A stretch of DNA of 64,000 nucleotides from contig NC_057714.1 of the NCBI RefSeq assembly GCF_004010195.1, forward strand, positions 7,804,492 through 7,868,491. The letters are read 5' to 3'. Source of the DNA: Chiloscyllium plagiosum. Lineage: Eukaryota. The translations under genes were made by a program, and so were the position numbers. Positions 49,407 through 62,569 of this stretch are shown piece after piece. How positions within the stretch are numbered: position 1 is the first letter of the stretch; the number at the start of each line of letters is the position of its first letter. The notes beneath the pieces are model-generated. The model did no database searches and had not been told where the DNA came from. It saw only the letters and a list, made by a program, of their open reading frames with translations.

Positions 49407-51939
49407 AAGGGATAATCATCTCTGAAGCTTCCATCCACTGGTTAGACTCCCGCCGGATGTAGCCGGAATCCGATACAAATGATAAGCGATTGACCAAGAG
49501 GACTAACAGGGATCCTAGCGAGTTATGATCTGCTATCGTGAAAGTTTAATGTTATGTGTGAGGTGTTTTAATTGGAATGATTCTCGTTGTGATTAAAGCT
49601 TTGAATGTATCTTTTAACTCTACGGAAGAGGGAGTTGAGGCTAGCGTTGTACCGGATTAAGGGGCTGTGGCATTCAAGGCAAATGACAAGGGACTGTCTC
49701 TGTTGCTGTGGTTACTAGCAGCAGGACAAGCCATAAAGCCGATTTTTACTTAGCTCTTTGCATAGTTCCAAGTACCGCAATACGCTCAAAATTCAAAATG
49801 CGGCTAACGGAATCAAACAATTCAATTTTACGGGCCTTGCCGTTCGAGATGTCTTTCCAGGCTCGTTGTAGATTTTTGTGTTGCCACACCGTAGATCTGT
49901 GACAATGAATTATTTCAGCAGGACGTTCAGACCACATGGTGGCGCCAGTTAGATCAATGTCAAAGCCGCTGTAGGGCAGCAAAAATCTATATGGAGAAAT
50001 ATTTGAGCTATCCTTTTTCCAAAGCACGAGTTCCAAAAGAAATATGTTCGTTTCTTAAATCCGAATTGAATGCTGAAGGACTTCGAGTGATAAATTAAAT
50101 CCAATAGACTGGAAATGTCCCAAAATAACTCCAAAATAATCGTTTTGCAAACAAAGGTAGGTGATTAGAGTCTATGTAGATACAACATGGACGTTTTATT
50201 TGGACCAAAATCCATCTAACAGTTTACAGATTTTTCAATCGGCTTCATAAATGTTACTGAACTATCAACGAAACGTCAAAGATTTTATGTTTAAAGTTAG
50301 TGTAACAATTAAAGATTGGAGGGATAAAAGTCCCTTTTCAAATGCATTTTATTTCGCCCAAAAAAAGACCTCTGGGAAAGGGAAGCCGTACGGTTTTTTA
50401 TTTCACGGTAGACTTGAGTTTTGAAAGTGGGTTCGACTACACAATACTGTAGAAATAAAACACTTCTAACAAATTATTTTATTGCAACAACAACATTTAA
50501 GATGAATTGCCACATTTGTAGGTCATGGAGGAAATGTTTAATTCAAGAGTTTAACTTTTGCATTATCTTTCTTTAAATTTTATTTCTGTCTCTGCGTTAT
50601 ACTGACTGATCTCTAATCAATTATGTTTCAGCATAACGCTACCATAAACCAGCGGTACTATTTTTTTTCAGTTTGATTTACAATACTAAATTACGTTTGT
50701 TTCTAAATAACCGTGATTCGGATCCTTAATAATCAGACGTTTTATTGAAAGTATCAGAAAAAGTCAAAATATTTGACCGTTAATCTTGACAATTGCGTTC
50801 AATATATAACACCTTTCTGTAAATTGCATAATGTCGCTTAATGTGCGCTTCTGGTTTGCACAAAAAATAATCAGCTTATTTTTAAAAAAATAACCCACTC
50901 CCGAGGTTTTTTTTTAAACGTTCCTTAAATATTGATTGAATGTTGAAGCTTCAAGTGCGTCGGGAAACTTGCTTGTTGGACAAATTTGCGTTTTTTTTAT
51001 TTATATGACTCAGTCGGACAATATTGTTTCTTTTCCGTTAAAAGTTGACTTTTAGATATAAAGAAATGTTCTCCACTGCTGCACACTTTTTGTTTTAATT
51101 CAAAGAATCTCGCTTTATTTTTGCTTCAGGCATCACACAATGCAGAAATTAGAGCTATATATTCACCATGTATTTGCATATTTCCGACATTCATTTATAA
51201 AAATAGGTATATACAAAACAGCTAATGTTTAAAGGCCTTAAAAATAAAAGAACTTCCAGTAAAGAATTTGGATTGAAAACATTTAATAATTTAGTTCCGA
51301 ATTTATTAACTAAAATAAACAAGGTTTGCGTGGCTTTTGGGAACAGATTCCATGTGAGCATTCTACTTGTTGATCTTAAATTGCATCTGCCGACAAGCAG
51401 ATCAAATTTGTTCAGTTCAACATTGCTTTCGACAGCGCTTCCCTAGACTAAAACGCCGGGATAAAAATTACTCAAAACATGCTACTTGTGACAGCTATTT
51501 TTACGTTGAACACTTTAAAACCATGCATTCAAAGGAAATTCGTATAAAATATATTTTAGTTCATAGTATACTTCTGCGTGCATATGCGCATGTTTGCTTC
51601 ACAGTGCTCATCTAATAAGAAAAATGGTGAAAAGAAAAACTATGCATGAATTGTCGTCTGGTTTTAATCTAATCCACTGCTTTGGTTAAATTGCAAGTTA
51701 TTGAGTTTTTAAACCTGAATACTGTTTAGTATCTATTTGCAATATAGTTTTCTGCCTTTCCGTTTTCCCTTTGTTTTAATCTGCAGAACAATAATGCAAT
51801 TTCTAATTTTATACGTTAATTATTTTAACAGAATGTTATCTGGAGTTTGATACATGCCATGAAGTAGATTCCCACCAAGAAACTGTATAGCCTCAACATT
51901 TACTGCCTGCGCGTTAGACATTGAGCCCACTTTAAACCA

Positions 51940-51955
51940 CAGCGCCCTCTGGGTC
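51940..51955 (-). promoter_or_regulatory. CTCF-binding motif between HoxA11 and HoxA10
   Basis: The minus strand reads GACCCAGAGGGCGCTG, in the same orientation as the 34217 site. Confidence 0.6.
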
Positions 51956-54900
51956 TAGAATCAACACTTGCACATCACACCAGTGATTCTGGTTTTCCGC
52001 TCTGTAAAAAGTATACATTTGTATTTCAGAGCGAACTGATTTTGTAGTTCAGAAGTTAATCAAAACAACTTATAAGAAGGCTCTATTGGTAGGCAATGCC
52101 CTGCTTACTGGTTACTCATAGAATAGACACCTAGTAGTAACCTAGTTATTAAAAAGCTATCATTTCTGAAAAAGAACAGACAATTTCAGTAATCCCTCTT
52201 TAGGTTTGTTAGAAATATATTCTAAAAAGAGTTGTATCTTTTGCAGTTGCTGAAATAACAATTTAAATCATACACAAGGAGTAAATCGTCATTCCAAGAG
52301 TTTAGGGGTCTCACGAATATATAACTAAATAACTCTCCTAATAAGCCATAGAGACACTTACGATTTTGCAATTGGGACCAGCAGTATTTTGCAACAGTGA
52401 AGAATGAATAAAAACCGTAAGAGGAGCCATAGAACAAACATTACCCCGGACCTGCCGCTGTGAACTTTCATTTAACTGTTCGGAAAATAGAACTGTCTAG
52501 ACATCCCAAAGTTTAATTGCACTTTCGTCGATTTTTTAAAAGCTAGTTAATTCTCTCTTTTTTTGTTATTTCAGAGAAAGCACATTGTCACAGTTGTTCG
52601 TCTGTGCAGCTACTAAGTTTTGCTATCATTCAGATTCGAAGGCATTTTGTTGTTAGCTCCCACATGCATTACTTTCCATGCAGACTTCCTCTATATAACT
52701 ACTTAACTAGGATCACGCAAGCAAGATAATAATGTACGTTAAAAACATTTTACTAAAGGATAGCTTGGTTTTTACAGCAATAAATTGAAACATTTGGGAG
52801 CATTGGTTACAGTAAGTGCTTTGTTTGAAAGAGGGAGATGTAATCGAAGATGTTAATAGAAGTTAACGTTTACTTAATTCTGGACCATTGAAGCTATATA
52901 TTAAACAGAACTAGCATGTACGCAGTTCATATTTGTTGAAGTTACCCTGAATTTTTTTCTCTAAAAGTCTTGTCGTTCCGTTATGGTTTTGAACGACTTT
53001 AAATTGAGTATTAAAACCACAAGTGCTTCTTTGTTCGGAGGTATCAAACTATTGAATGATAGCGTTAAAATCAGTGCAGTTCTACACAGGAGACTAATGT
53101 GAGAAATTTGTTGTAATTGTATATTTTACACCGAGACTTTATTTTCGACGTGATACATAACATGGGCATTCTTTTGGCTTGTGACCTGACCCCCGCTGCG
53201 TCACCTTCACCGTGGCCTAAACGACTGAATTGTGCCTTTTTTTTGGGATGAGGAGGGGGTGGAAATGAGCGGTATGGTTGGATGGGAGGCTGAGGCTTTG
53301 GATGAGGAAAGAAAGGCAGTGAACAACTCTGTCAGCGGGGAGAAAAAGCTGTACACTTAATTACATCAAATTATACCAACTAAAATCAGAATTCCAGGCT
53401 CTGATTGTAAATTACTCAAATTAACATAAGCTTATGTTTTCAAATAAGTGAAAGCTGTCTGCGTGTTTCAATAAAATCCAATCAAAAGCTCTTTTATTAT
53501 AAAGCGACAAGCAAGTGTATATCTGAGCGTGTTATCGCTTTTCTATGTTTCTGTTCCTGTTAGCTATGCATGGTTTCTGCAATCTGAACATTTTCACCTG
53601 TAATCCTGAAGGGAAACTCAAGTCTGAATTATTGTAAGACTTCTCGTTTTTTTTTGAAAGGAACCGGTAACAACGTGTCATTCAGAATATTGCACAGGAA
53701 ACAATTCACGCTATTCAGTCTAGATAATAGATTTTAAACCCTGACAACAAGGCTCTTCCACCCTATTTCCATCGGAACGCTTTCCTTTGAATTGTTAGAA
53801 GAGTTTTTAATTGAACAACCTTGATCGCCAGAAACTGTCCTTGATCTATAAAATAATGTATAAGCGACTATATTTTTCATTATGACCATACACAGTTAAC
53901 TTCGCATTCAGGAAGCTTACCGCGCGAAGTGTTGTCCATCGTGGACTTTTAAATGCAGTTTTTTTTTCATTTAAAAATCATTTATTTCCAACCCTATTTT
54001 TCGTTTTTTTTTATTCCTTAAAAGGGTTTCCTCACAGATAATTGTGAATGAACTAAAATAACTGAACTAACATGTGTTAAAATAAAACAAATGAATTATC
54101 TTTACAATTTACTTGGCGCACCTTACCTAATTTATTGAAGCAACAATGTTTTGTTATAGTCACGATGAATATTTTTGCCTTACTAATGCGTTAAGCAATT
54201 TTGTGCTCATTTTTTGTTGTTGCTGCATATTTTATTCAGACTTGCTGTTTATCATAGTGGGTTTTGGGCTTCGCTGAATTTGTTCTGTTAGTTTTATATT
54301 GGAATGCATATGTAAAAAGATTGTTTAAACCATGCTATTTGCTTCTCCCTGTTTTAACGCCATTCTTTTTTTACACCGAGCGATAAGTTATCCCTAAGAC
54401 ACTTTGCGGTTTTCTGCATTAGAATGCTGTGGTAGTAATTTACAAAAAGAATTAGAATTGCAGATTTAGTGAGATACGTGAATATAACAAGGGCAATTTC
54501 TTCACTTTTTTTTTGTTTTAACGGTCCTGACTGCGGCCTGCATTCATTAATTTGTGTTTCAAGAGCAAAATTTGTATTCGGTTTCCTTAGCTAATTTTGA
54601 AAAAAAGTATAGCGGTTTAGTTTTAATAGATTTCATGTTGTAAACACTGTATGTAAAGAACCGAAACACAAATGCCGTAGGGTTGTCAGATTTCAGCGTT
54701 TACTTATCAACTTAGCTTGAACATTTTCATAAAGTACACTTTAAAAAGTCTATTTGCAACAATATTCTGAGGGACAAAATGTACAGTGGTCTCAGATGTC
54801 TAACTGTAAAACCGATTAATGCAGTGCAAGTAAAAGGGCGCCATTGTTTTTAGATTTAGTTTTCAAGGCACGAGACAATAATCTCTCTTCGATCATCCAG

Positions 54901-57900
54901 CGGTGTAAAAACATCTTAAGGAACTGGAGGTTTTTTTTTAAATAGTCTGTAGATGGCAGCTACTTATTCTAGTTGGTAGACTGAAAGGAATTTACTGCGC
55001 ACACGCATAATGACGAGTACACTTGAAGGGTGAGGTTTTTTTTAACACAACACTTCATAAAGTGTTACATAGATTTTTTTGTTAATAAAATTACATGTTA
55101 AGTAATTGAAAGTAATCTCATATAGATCGACAAGTGGTGAGTGTACGAAGACTTTTCGAATCTTTATTTAGCAAAGCACAATGAAAGACTCATTCTGTCT
55201 GGCTTTCAGTCTTAAGTTCACGATCTAGGCTAAGAACGAGCCCGAGCTCTGAGTGCGGTCATCCTGATCTGTTCAGGCTTTGAAATCACTTTTTTGCCTC
55301 AGAATGACCACTCGCTCTACTGCCTTCCACGCTCGCTCTTTGGCCAGTGGTTGGAGAACGTATCGTTTACCTCATTTGATGCAGAGTTTCGAGACGTTTG
55401 TTTATTGCTGGCGCGTTGGAGGAGAAATGGAGAACTCTTGTAATAATCAGGATCGATACAGCTTGAGAAAAAGAAAATGGTCTTCGTTATTCTTTCTTAT
55501 GTCAAGGGAAAGTTGTTACACGCCGCCGAAATATTGCACAACATACGGATTTAGACGTTTTCTACAACTATATCTTACATCTTTTTCTTGTCGTGTTACG
55601 ATCAAGTCATTTCATCTTTCGTCTCCTTCTCGGTAGAGTTAATAATATTTCCTGACTGTTAACAATGTCACAATGCGTAATTACGACATCTTAGAAACTG
55701 GGAAAGGAACTTTCCCCTGCATATCCTTGCTGCTTCAATTACTTCCCAGTGCGTGTGTTTTTAATGTATACAGCAGTCACACGGCCCTCGCCCCATTCCT
55801 ACCAATAAAGTTTGGAAAGGACTGCAGTGCCCCTAGAAACTGCAGCAACCAATCTACTATCCACATTACAGTTTTACTGGGAAACTGGGTTATAAACGTT
55901 CAAGCCCATTGCCGATCCAAAAAATGCACTAATAAAATTATCCAAATATGGAATCAATATATTAAACAATGATATATTTACCACAAGAACCAGATAAATA
56001 TCCTGACTTCAATGCATAACCATGCTGCTAGTTAGCATTGGTGTACAGTAGCTTGAGTCTTTATATATGAGACTGGTATAGATGACAATTGTTATTTCCC
56101 TCCCATTAAATCTTTGTATGCTCCCATGATCATACGTGTCATAGGCACAGTGGGACTGCAAAAGGGAATATTTTCATTTTTTGATACAGCACGTTTAAGT
56201 TTTTATAGGTCTTCTGGACGACCGTGATAATTCTAAGCAGTTGTTTGTGCTAAAAAAAACAAGCAAGACGAAAGAATCCTCTGAGACGGCCCCTCAGCAA
56301 ACACGGTGCGTGTAAAGCCGGCCTTCATATCCCGCTGACTTTACCACAAACAATATTTTGAATAACCTGCTTTAGATTAGCAGCATTTTTGCACTTTAAT
56401 CCAGCGCCAGAGTTAAAGTAACAACAATGGAAATAATAGTGCCGAATTGGGTTTGCTCGTGGTGGGGGCAGAATTCGTGGACGGTTTCAAATTAACTCGT
56501 AGTAAAACGCAGCAATGCCAGAGGCTGAAGATTAAGTCCTTTGTCACAGTGAAATCACACTGTTTACTCCCGGTCCCAACCTAAAGAGTACATTTGCGAG
56601 CGTCATTGTTGGCAGCGCTTGATTACAGAGGTGGCCGAACAAAACACAAATAGCATGTCTCCTTTTCGGAGTCGCATTGATATATATCACATTGTACAGA
56701 TATTCCACAGAATCGTCAATTCGGAGAGGAATGGAGCGCACACTCTAATAAACACGGACGTTTATTTTGGCCATGATAATCTTTGGCGGAGTGTGGGGGT
56801 TGTTTGGTGGAAAGGGAACAGTGCTTACATTTTATCTCACTTAATTTCAACCGGCACTGATATTAAGAATTTTAGCGCCACTTTGTCTATATTTGTCCTT
56901 GAACGCCACCTCACTCGGGAAGAAAAGTTCACAATCCGAAGCTCCGGCTCCGCTCCTGCAAAGGACACAGTGCAGTTTGCAGTTTTTTTTTGTTCTTGTA
57001 GCTGTTCACTTCAATTCTAATAGTTGCCTTTGATCGGCTGGAGAGAGAAACTGTGGACGAGGATTCTGTTTCTGTGCCTTGTTTTAAACTTGACCGGCTT
57101 GTAGTTGAGAGCGTTGTAAAATTCTGTTTAACAGTCTTGTTTTCTCTTTTTAAGACGAAATGATGAGATCGATTTTATAGATGTGGTAAACGCTCTCTCC
57201 TGTAGCTCGGGCAGTCGAAGAATGCAATGGTTAAAGCATTGTAAAAGAAATGTTTTCGATTTCCTGAAATGGTAGGTATGAAATATCTGAAGTGGTCAAT
57301 ACCTAACTGATGTCTAAGATGCAATGCTGGTGAAGTAGAAGAGGAAAGAAAAGGAATAGATTATGTTACTTTATTAGTTTGTTGTCACTGACCTTCTACA
57401 CTTAAACCACAGAGCTGCAGCACATTGCACTAACCTGTTAAACTTTAGACTGCGAACAGCAAACCAGAAATGCAATTTAGAAGCTTTATGTCCAGATGTG
57501 ATTCTGAAACAGACGCGTGAAAGAATTGTTCTGTAACTTAACATTAATTAAATAAATTCTGTAGTATTAGTCAGAATGATAGTGCTCTCTGTGAAAATAG
57601 AGCAGCAACCATTATAGCTAATCACAGGCAGACCGTGAAAGTCAAGATTACTACTGGTTTCTCGCCTCTAATTGCCAGACAATTAAAGCCCACAATGAAA
57701 AGTGCAGAATAGCAGAGTTAGAAGTTCCATTTCTGTTAACTTCATCTGTGAGCAGTTTAAAATATGAAACTGATTGCTAGTCGGTTTCAGTCAGGCCGCT
57801 TTATGGATTTGCTAAAACTTGTGTTGATATTGTATGACATGTTGGAGCCTTTTTTACATTATTTTATTCGAAGGACGTGTTTCTAATAAAGTAGAACCGA

Positions 57901-58009
57901 GTAAATAAAGATGCATTTAGACGCTTTTGCAGTTTACCGAATACATATGGTGACCTTATTGCAGTTTCAGTGACGCAACCCTCCGTGGAGGAGGGGCTTC
58001 TGTCCAACT

Positions 58010-58137
58010 CAGCCATTCGATTGGCCCATCCCGCCTGTCGTGCTGCGGAGGTATCTCTAATCATATTCAGCGTGTTTGCACAAGAAATGTCAGCCTGAAC
58101 TGGATAGCTTCTGCTTTCGCCAAATTACCCCACAACA
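58010..58137 (+). promoter_or_regulatory. HoxA10 conserved promoter/5' leader
   Basis: Reverse CCAAT (GATTGG) at ~58019, then TCTAATCATATTCAGC.TGTTTGCACAAGAAATGTCAGCC, a block recalled from Hox10 leaders. Confidence 0.65.
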
Positions 58138-58897
58138 ATGTCATGCTCAGACAGTCCGTCTGCAAACTCCTTTTTAGTAGATTCTCTGATCAGCGTGGGC
58201 CGTGGCGGGGAAGGAGCCTATTACCCCAACAGCAGTGTATACCTGCCGCCTGCCTCTGAGCTCTCTTACGGCACCCAGAACTGTGGACTTTTCCCATCCC
58301 TCAGCAAACGCAGCGAGAACAACTCTCAGAGTATGGTCCTGACTTCTCATCCTTACATGAGCGGGATGGAGGTCTGGTCAGATCCCCCAAGGTCCTGTCG
58401 CATGGAGCAACCTGCAACCCAGCAAGTGGCAGCATGTTCCTTCCCCCAGAATATCAAAGAAGAGAATGCATATTGTTTGTACGATTCTGAGAAATGTCCT
58501 AAAAGCTCAGCAGCAACAGATCTTTCCACGTTCCCAAGGCTAACATCAGAATCGTGCTCCAATAGTGACACTACTACTAGCGGCGGGGTTCCTGTCCCCG
58601 GCTATTTCCGTCTGTCCCAAGCCTATCCGACATCTAAACAGACACTTTATAACAACACAGGGCAGGTTGGGACCTCTCCATTTGTAGCCCAATCCCAGAT
58701 CCGATATGGAACACCCCCTTCTTCAGCTTCGACCCCGACTGAGTTGGGGAGAAAAGGAAGTGAAGGGACATCCCCTGGTCATTTAACCTGCGGTTCGGAG
58801 AGAGAAGAGACAGAAGCTCCGGCTTCTTCAGCGAACGAGGAATCATCTCCAGTCCCTTCAGAAAGCAGTAAACATTCTCCTGAGAAAGAAACAAAAG
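58138..58897 (+). CDS. HoxA10: Homeobox protein HoxA10, exon 1
   Basis: MSCSDSPSANSFLVDSLI...CGLFP...PPRSCRME...QNIKEE.AYCLY...VPVPGYFRLSQAY. Phase-1 donor G|GTAGGT. Confidence 0.96.
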
Positions 58898-58999
58898 GTA
58901 GGTAAATAAAAAGGTCGAGGGGAATTTATACAGCTAGCACTCAGAACCGGGGAGACGTGGCAGGTACAGCCAACAGGCGTAACAAAGAGGGTTTTATTT

Positions 59000-59013
59000 T
59001 GACCTTGTGAACT
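59000..59013 (-). promoter_or_regulatory. DR2 retinoic-acid response element consensus in the HoxA10 intron
   Basis: The minus strand reads AGTTCA-CA-AGGTCA, a perfect RGKTCA-n2-RGKTCA. Confidence 0.6.
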
Positions 59014-60416
59014 TTTTATTTTTGGGCGTGAGCTATGCTGTAAAAATTAATGCCTACTATAGTTTATAGCACGAGCCCACGTTCCGGAGTCAATTGTAGC
59101 CGCAGTCTAAACTTGTCAGATAAGTTACAAACCACGAATCCTTTCTGCAGTTATTTAAACGTACCGCATAGAAGGACATATTTGCACACAGGGTCCAAAG
59201 TAAACAGAACACAGCCAATAAATAATACTCAAAGGAACCCAGGGATGTTTTATGTTCTGGGGCTCATTTCGAGAAAAAGCATGAAAAATTTCGAAAAAGT
59301 TTTCAAAGTATGAAATGCTGATATGGAACTCTTTTGCGAGATATTTGATACTATTTATCAGCGTATAATTATTGCACATTGAATTTAAATAAACTCAATT
59401 TGAAGCTGTAAATGCTTTAAGTCGTTAGTTTATACGGTGTCTGAAATCCAGGTGGCCAAATAGATTATATTAATGCAATAGCAACGCTGTTAATCTGTGG
59501 AAATGGTTAGTTTTGATTTTATAGAACTTTCGAAAAAAATATAAAGTTATTACAAATAAAGTAAACTGATGAGGTGTTAAAATAGCTTAAAACATTGCAG
59601 CGAAGAGCAAATACGTCAATTTGTTCAATTTGAGTTGTTTCCGTACACGAAATAGCTTAACTTCCTCAGGCTAAAGCAATAGCGAAGCACAGATTTTAAA
59701 CATGGCGAGAAAGGCGGCTGAAAAAAAATTGGGAATGAAGGAAAGAGGGAAAGACACGCCTACTGGTGCTAAGCAAAATATTGAACTTTTAGGGGAAATT
59801 GAAGCAAAATATGTCTTTCAGTGGTTAACTAATGATCAATTCAGTAGCCAAACATATTAAACAGGAGCAGAAACGAGATTCTTGCAAAATAAAATGAAAT
59901 AGACAGTGTCATCCCAAGTACATAACAAGGTTAGCAATTAACTTAAAATCACATTAATATACCAACATCCAACAGAACTTCAAACTAAGTTTGCCTTCGA
60001 TTTAAATGGACATACAGCTCGCTCTTACACAATGTATTTCACAGAACCGTTTCAGTCACAAAATAAGTGAAAATGTTTTTTGTTTACGCTCCATGTGGAT
60101 ATACACAGTGGGTGCTGACAAGATAAATTGTACAATTCTAACTAAAAAATAGTGCCATGGAATTCATTAACAATATTAATTGAAAGACATAACATTTTAT
60201 GTATTTCATAACGCAACTGAAATATTTGTAGATCAAGTGACACTGTAGAATGCAGGTTACAACTAAAATCACCTAAACCTACCACAAGTATTGAAAATTA
60301 AATTACGAAACATGATAAACTTCTTTTCCTCTCTTTTCATCTATTTCGTCTCTCTCTGCTTATCTCTCTATTTTCTACCTTCTTCTGTCTCTCTTTCTCA
60401 CCCCTTCACTTACTAG

Positions 60417-60691
60417 GGGAGGTGAAAGCTGAAAGTGGGGCCAACTGGCTGACTGCAAAGAGTGGCAGAAAAAAACGTTGCCCTTACACCAAACATCAAA
60501 CCCTGGAGCTGGAGAAAGAGTTTCTCTTCAACATGTACCTGACTCGAGAGCGTCGCCTAGAGATTAGCCGCAGCGTCCACCTGACTGACAGACAGGTCAA
60601 AATCTGGTTTCAAAATCGCAGGATGAAACTCAAGAAAATGAACCGTGAGAACAGGATTCGGGAGCTTACAGCTAACTTCAGCTTTTCATGA
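60417..60691 (+). CDS. HoxA10: Homeobox protein HoxA10, exon 2 (spliced protein ~344 aa)
   Basis: A long polypyrimidine tract and TAG acceptor end at 60416; [83 protein letters not shown]. Confidence 0.97.
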
Positions 60692-61384
60692 TAAACACAA
60701 ACACTGGTTTACAGAAATTAAAGGGACATCGGGAAGCTGTGCTAGTGTCACTAAAAGACTAAAAACTTTTCCACTTACCTCTGACTCCTCAGCCTTGTGC
60801 TGGTTGTAGATATTTCGATTTACGTGTTTTGTTTTTATTTGTGGCGGTAGTCTGTTTCTGTAACTATGATAATGTGTGTTGCCACTGATAAGTAAGGCAT
60901 GAACAGAAGTTATCGCCCTGTATGATGATTTTTCCAAACAACCGTGGGGGGAGGGGGACCTGACAACAATCTTTTTAATTGTGCTAATTACCAATTATCA
61001 GCTAAGTAAATCAAACTTTGTAATGTCTAAATACAGATGACCCATGCTGTTAAAATAATTCCAAAATAAGTACCTACCGTATACTGACATGTTAATAGAA
61101 GTTAAATGTGAATATGCTGTAAAGTGTGTTGTTACATAAAGATATCACATACCATGAACTGAAACATCAGATCACATTTAAATGTGAAACACTATTGCAA
61201 GGACAGAAGAGTAGGATGTCGGACCTTTTATTCACTGCCGTTATTTCACATTAAAAAAACAAATAGAATTGATTCATTTGGGTTTGCAATGATGAAATGC
61301 TTTCACTTGAGGACTCAAATTCTGCTCAATCCTATTGCTGCTGCACTCTGTACGTTAACAAAACTTGTGTTTTCATGAAAGATG

Positions 61385-61390
61385 AATAAA
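61385..61390 (+). terminator. Candidate HoxA10 polyadenylation signal
   Basis: AATAAA ~0.7 kb after the stop, with T/GT-rich sequence downstream. Confidence 0.45.
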
Positions 61391-62485
61391 CGTATTTGGT
61401 CGGAGTGCTTTGAGATAGGTACATGTATATTGTTTTATCTCATTTTGTGTTCGATTTCTTTCTTACCTTATCTGTTGAGGAAGCTTACAGCAGGAATGGT
61501 GGGTGTAAAGACTGGCAATTACCGTTACAATCTATTTAAATATTACCTAGACGGTCGTAATTTGTCTGGGCTATATAGCAATGGTGCTGTAACGTTTGTC
61601 GGCTTTTGTTGAGTTTTATGACTTGCTAGTATATCTGGGTTGTTGCTGTCTTGGACGAGTGGTTTCAGTTGAGCGAACAGCCACGAAGACAGAGGAAGCA
61701 GAGCACGGCTCGGATGTAGGAAATTGATTTTCTCTGAGCACAATACACTTCCAGATCTTTTAATCGGCTAGAATCAGAAGAGAGTGAGGAATCGAAAAAA
61801 ACAGCAGATAAGACCTTTGGACACATTTACGATGAAGGTAAGGTCTGTAAAAGGAACGAATGCAAGGGCCCATTATCCTATATTTTAAACTGATAGGTAA
61901 GAGGTTATTTCTCATAATCTTGCATCTATTATCTTTTAAAATACAATTAATGCCTTTCACAAATAAAAGTTGAAGTTACTATATCGTCTTTTTTTTGGCA
62001 GAGGGATGGGGAATAAAGGGGAAAAAAGAAAATTTATCTCGAAAGGCTATGTCATCTGACTAGCTCTTTTATTCGGACAAACCTTGAACTCGTGATAATT
62101 GCAGTGCAGACAAGTTGCTATGGCTTATCATCACTGGAGTCAATGACATGCATTCAGATCGCGTGAAATCCTGCACAGCGATAATAAAGAACCCGCCATT
62201 TTTAGTAGGGAACCAACAATTATTCTCGTGCTGAATTTACAATTAAATCTATTCATTTGAATACCATTCCGACCTGGAATGCAAGAACTGAATTACTTGG
62301 GAAATAATTTCAGAGACTACAAGATTGCAGGTTAAAGGAATGTCTTTCGTGTTTGGTAAACTGCATGCGAGTTTGTGACGAGTAACATCATAATGTGATT
62401 TTGTTTTGTTTGGGTAAGCTTGTTGAATTTGCATTTAGATTAACCTATGTATGTACAATGATAGGAATCTAAAGAGCTGAGATAG

Positions 62486-62569
62486 AGCTGATGTGTGATT
62501 TAGGTAGTTTCATGTTGTTGGGGCTCAAGTCTATCTCTACAACACGAAACTGCCTGAATTACTGCAGTT
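62486..62569 (+). ncRNA. mir-196: miR-196 precursor (HoxA locus, positional orthologue of miR-196b)
   Basis: Mature TAGGTAGTTTCATGTTGTTGGG at 62501-62522; complementary 3' arm CTACAACACGAAACTGCCTGAA at ~62537-62558; basal stem GTGATT/AATTAC. It sits downstream of Hox10, as expected. Confidence 0.95.

Noticed and set aside
49141-49497. 118-aa minus-strand ORF with polyproline
   Set aside because: The polyproline is simply the poly-G tract read in reverse.
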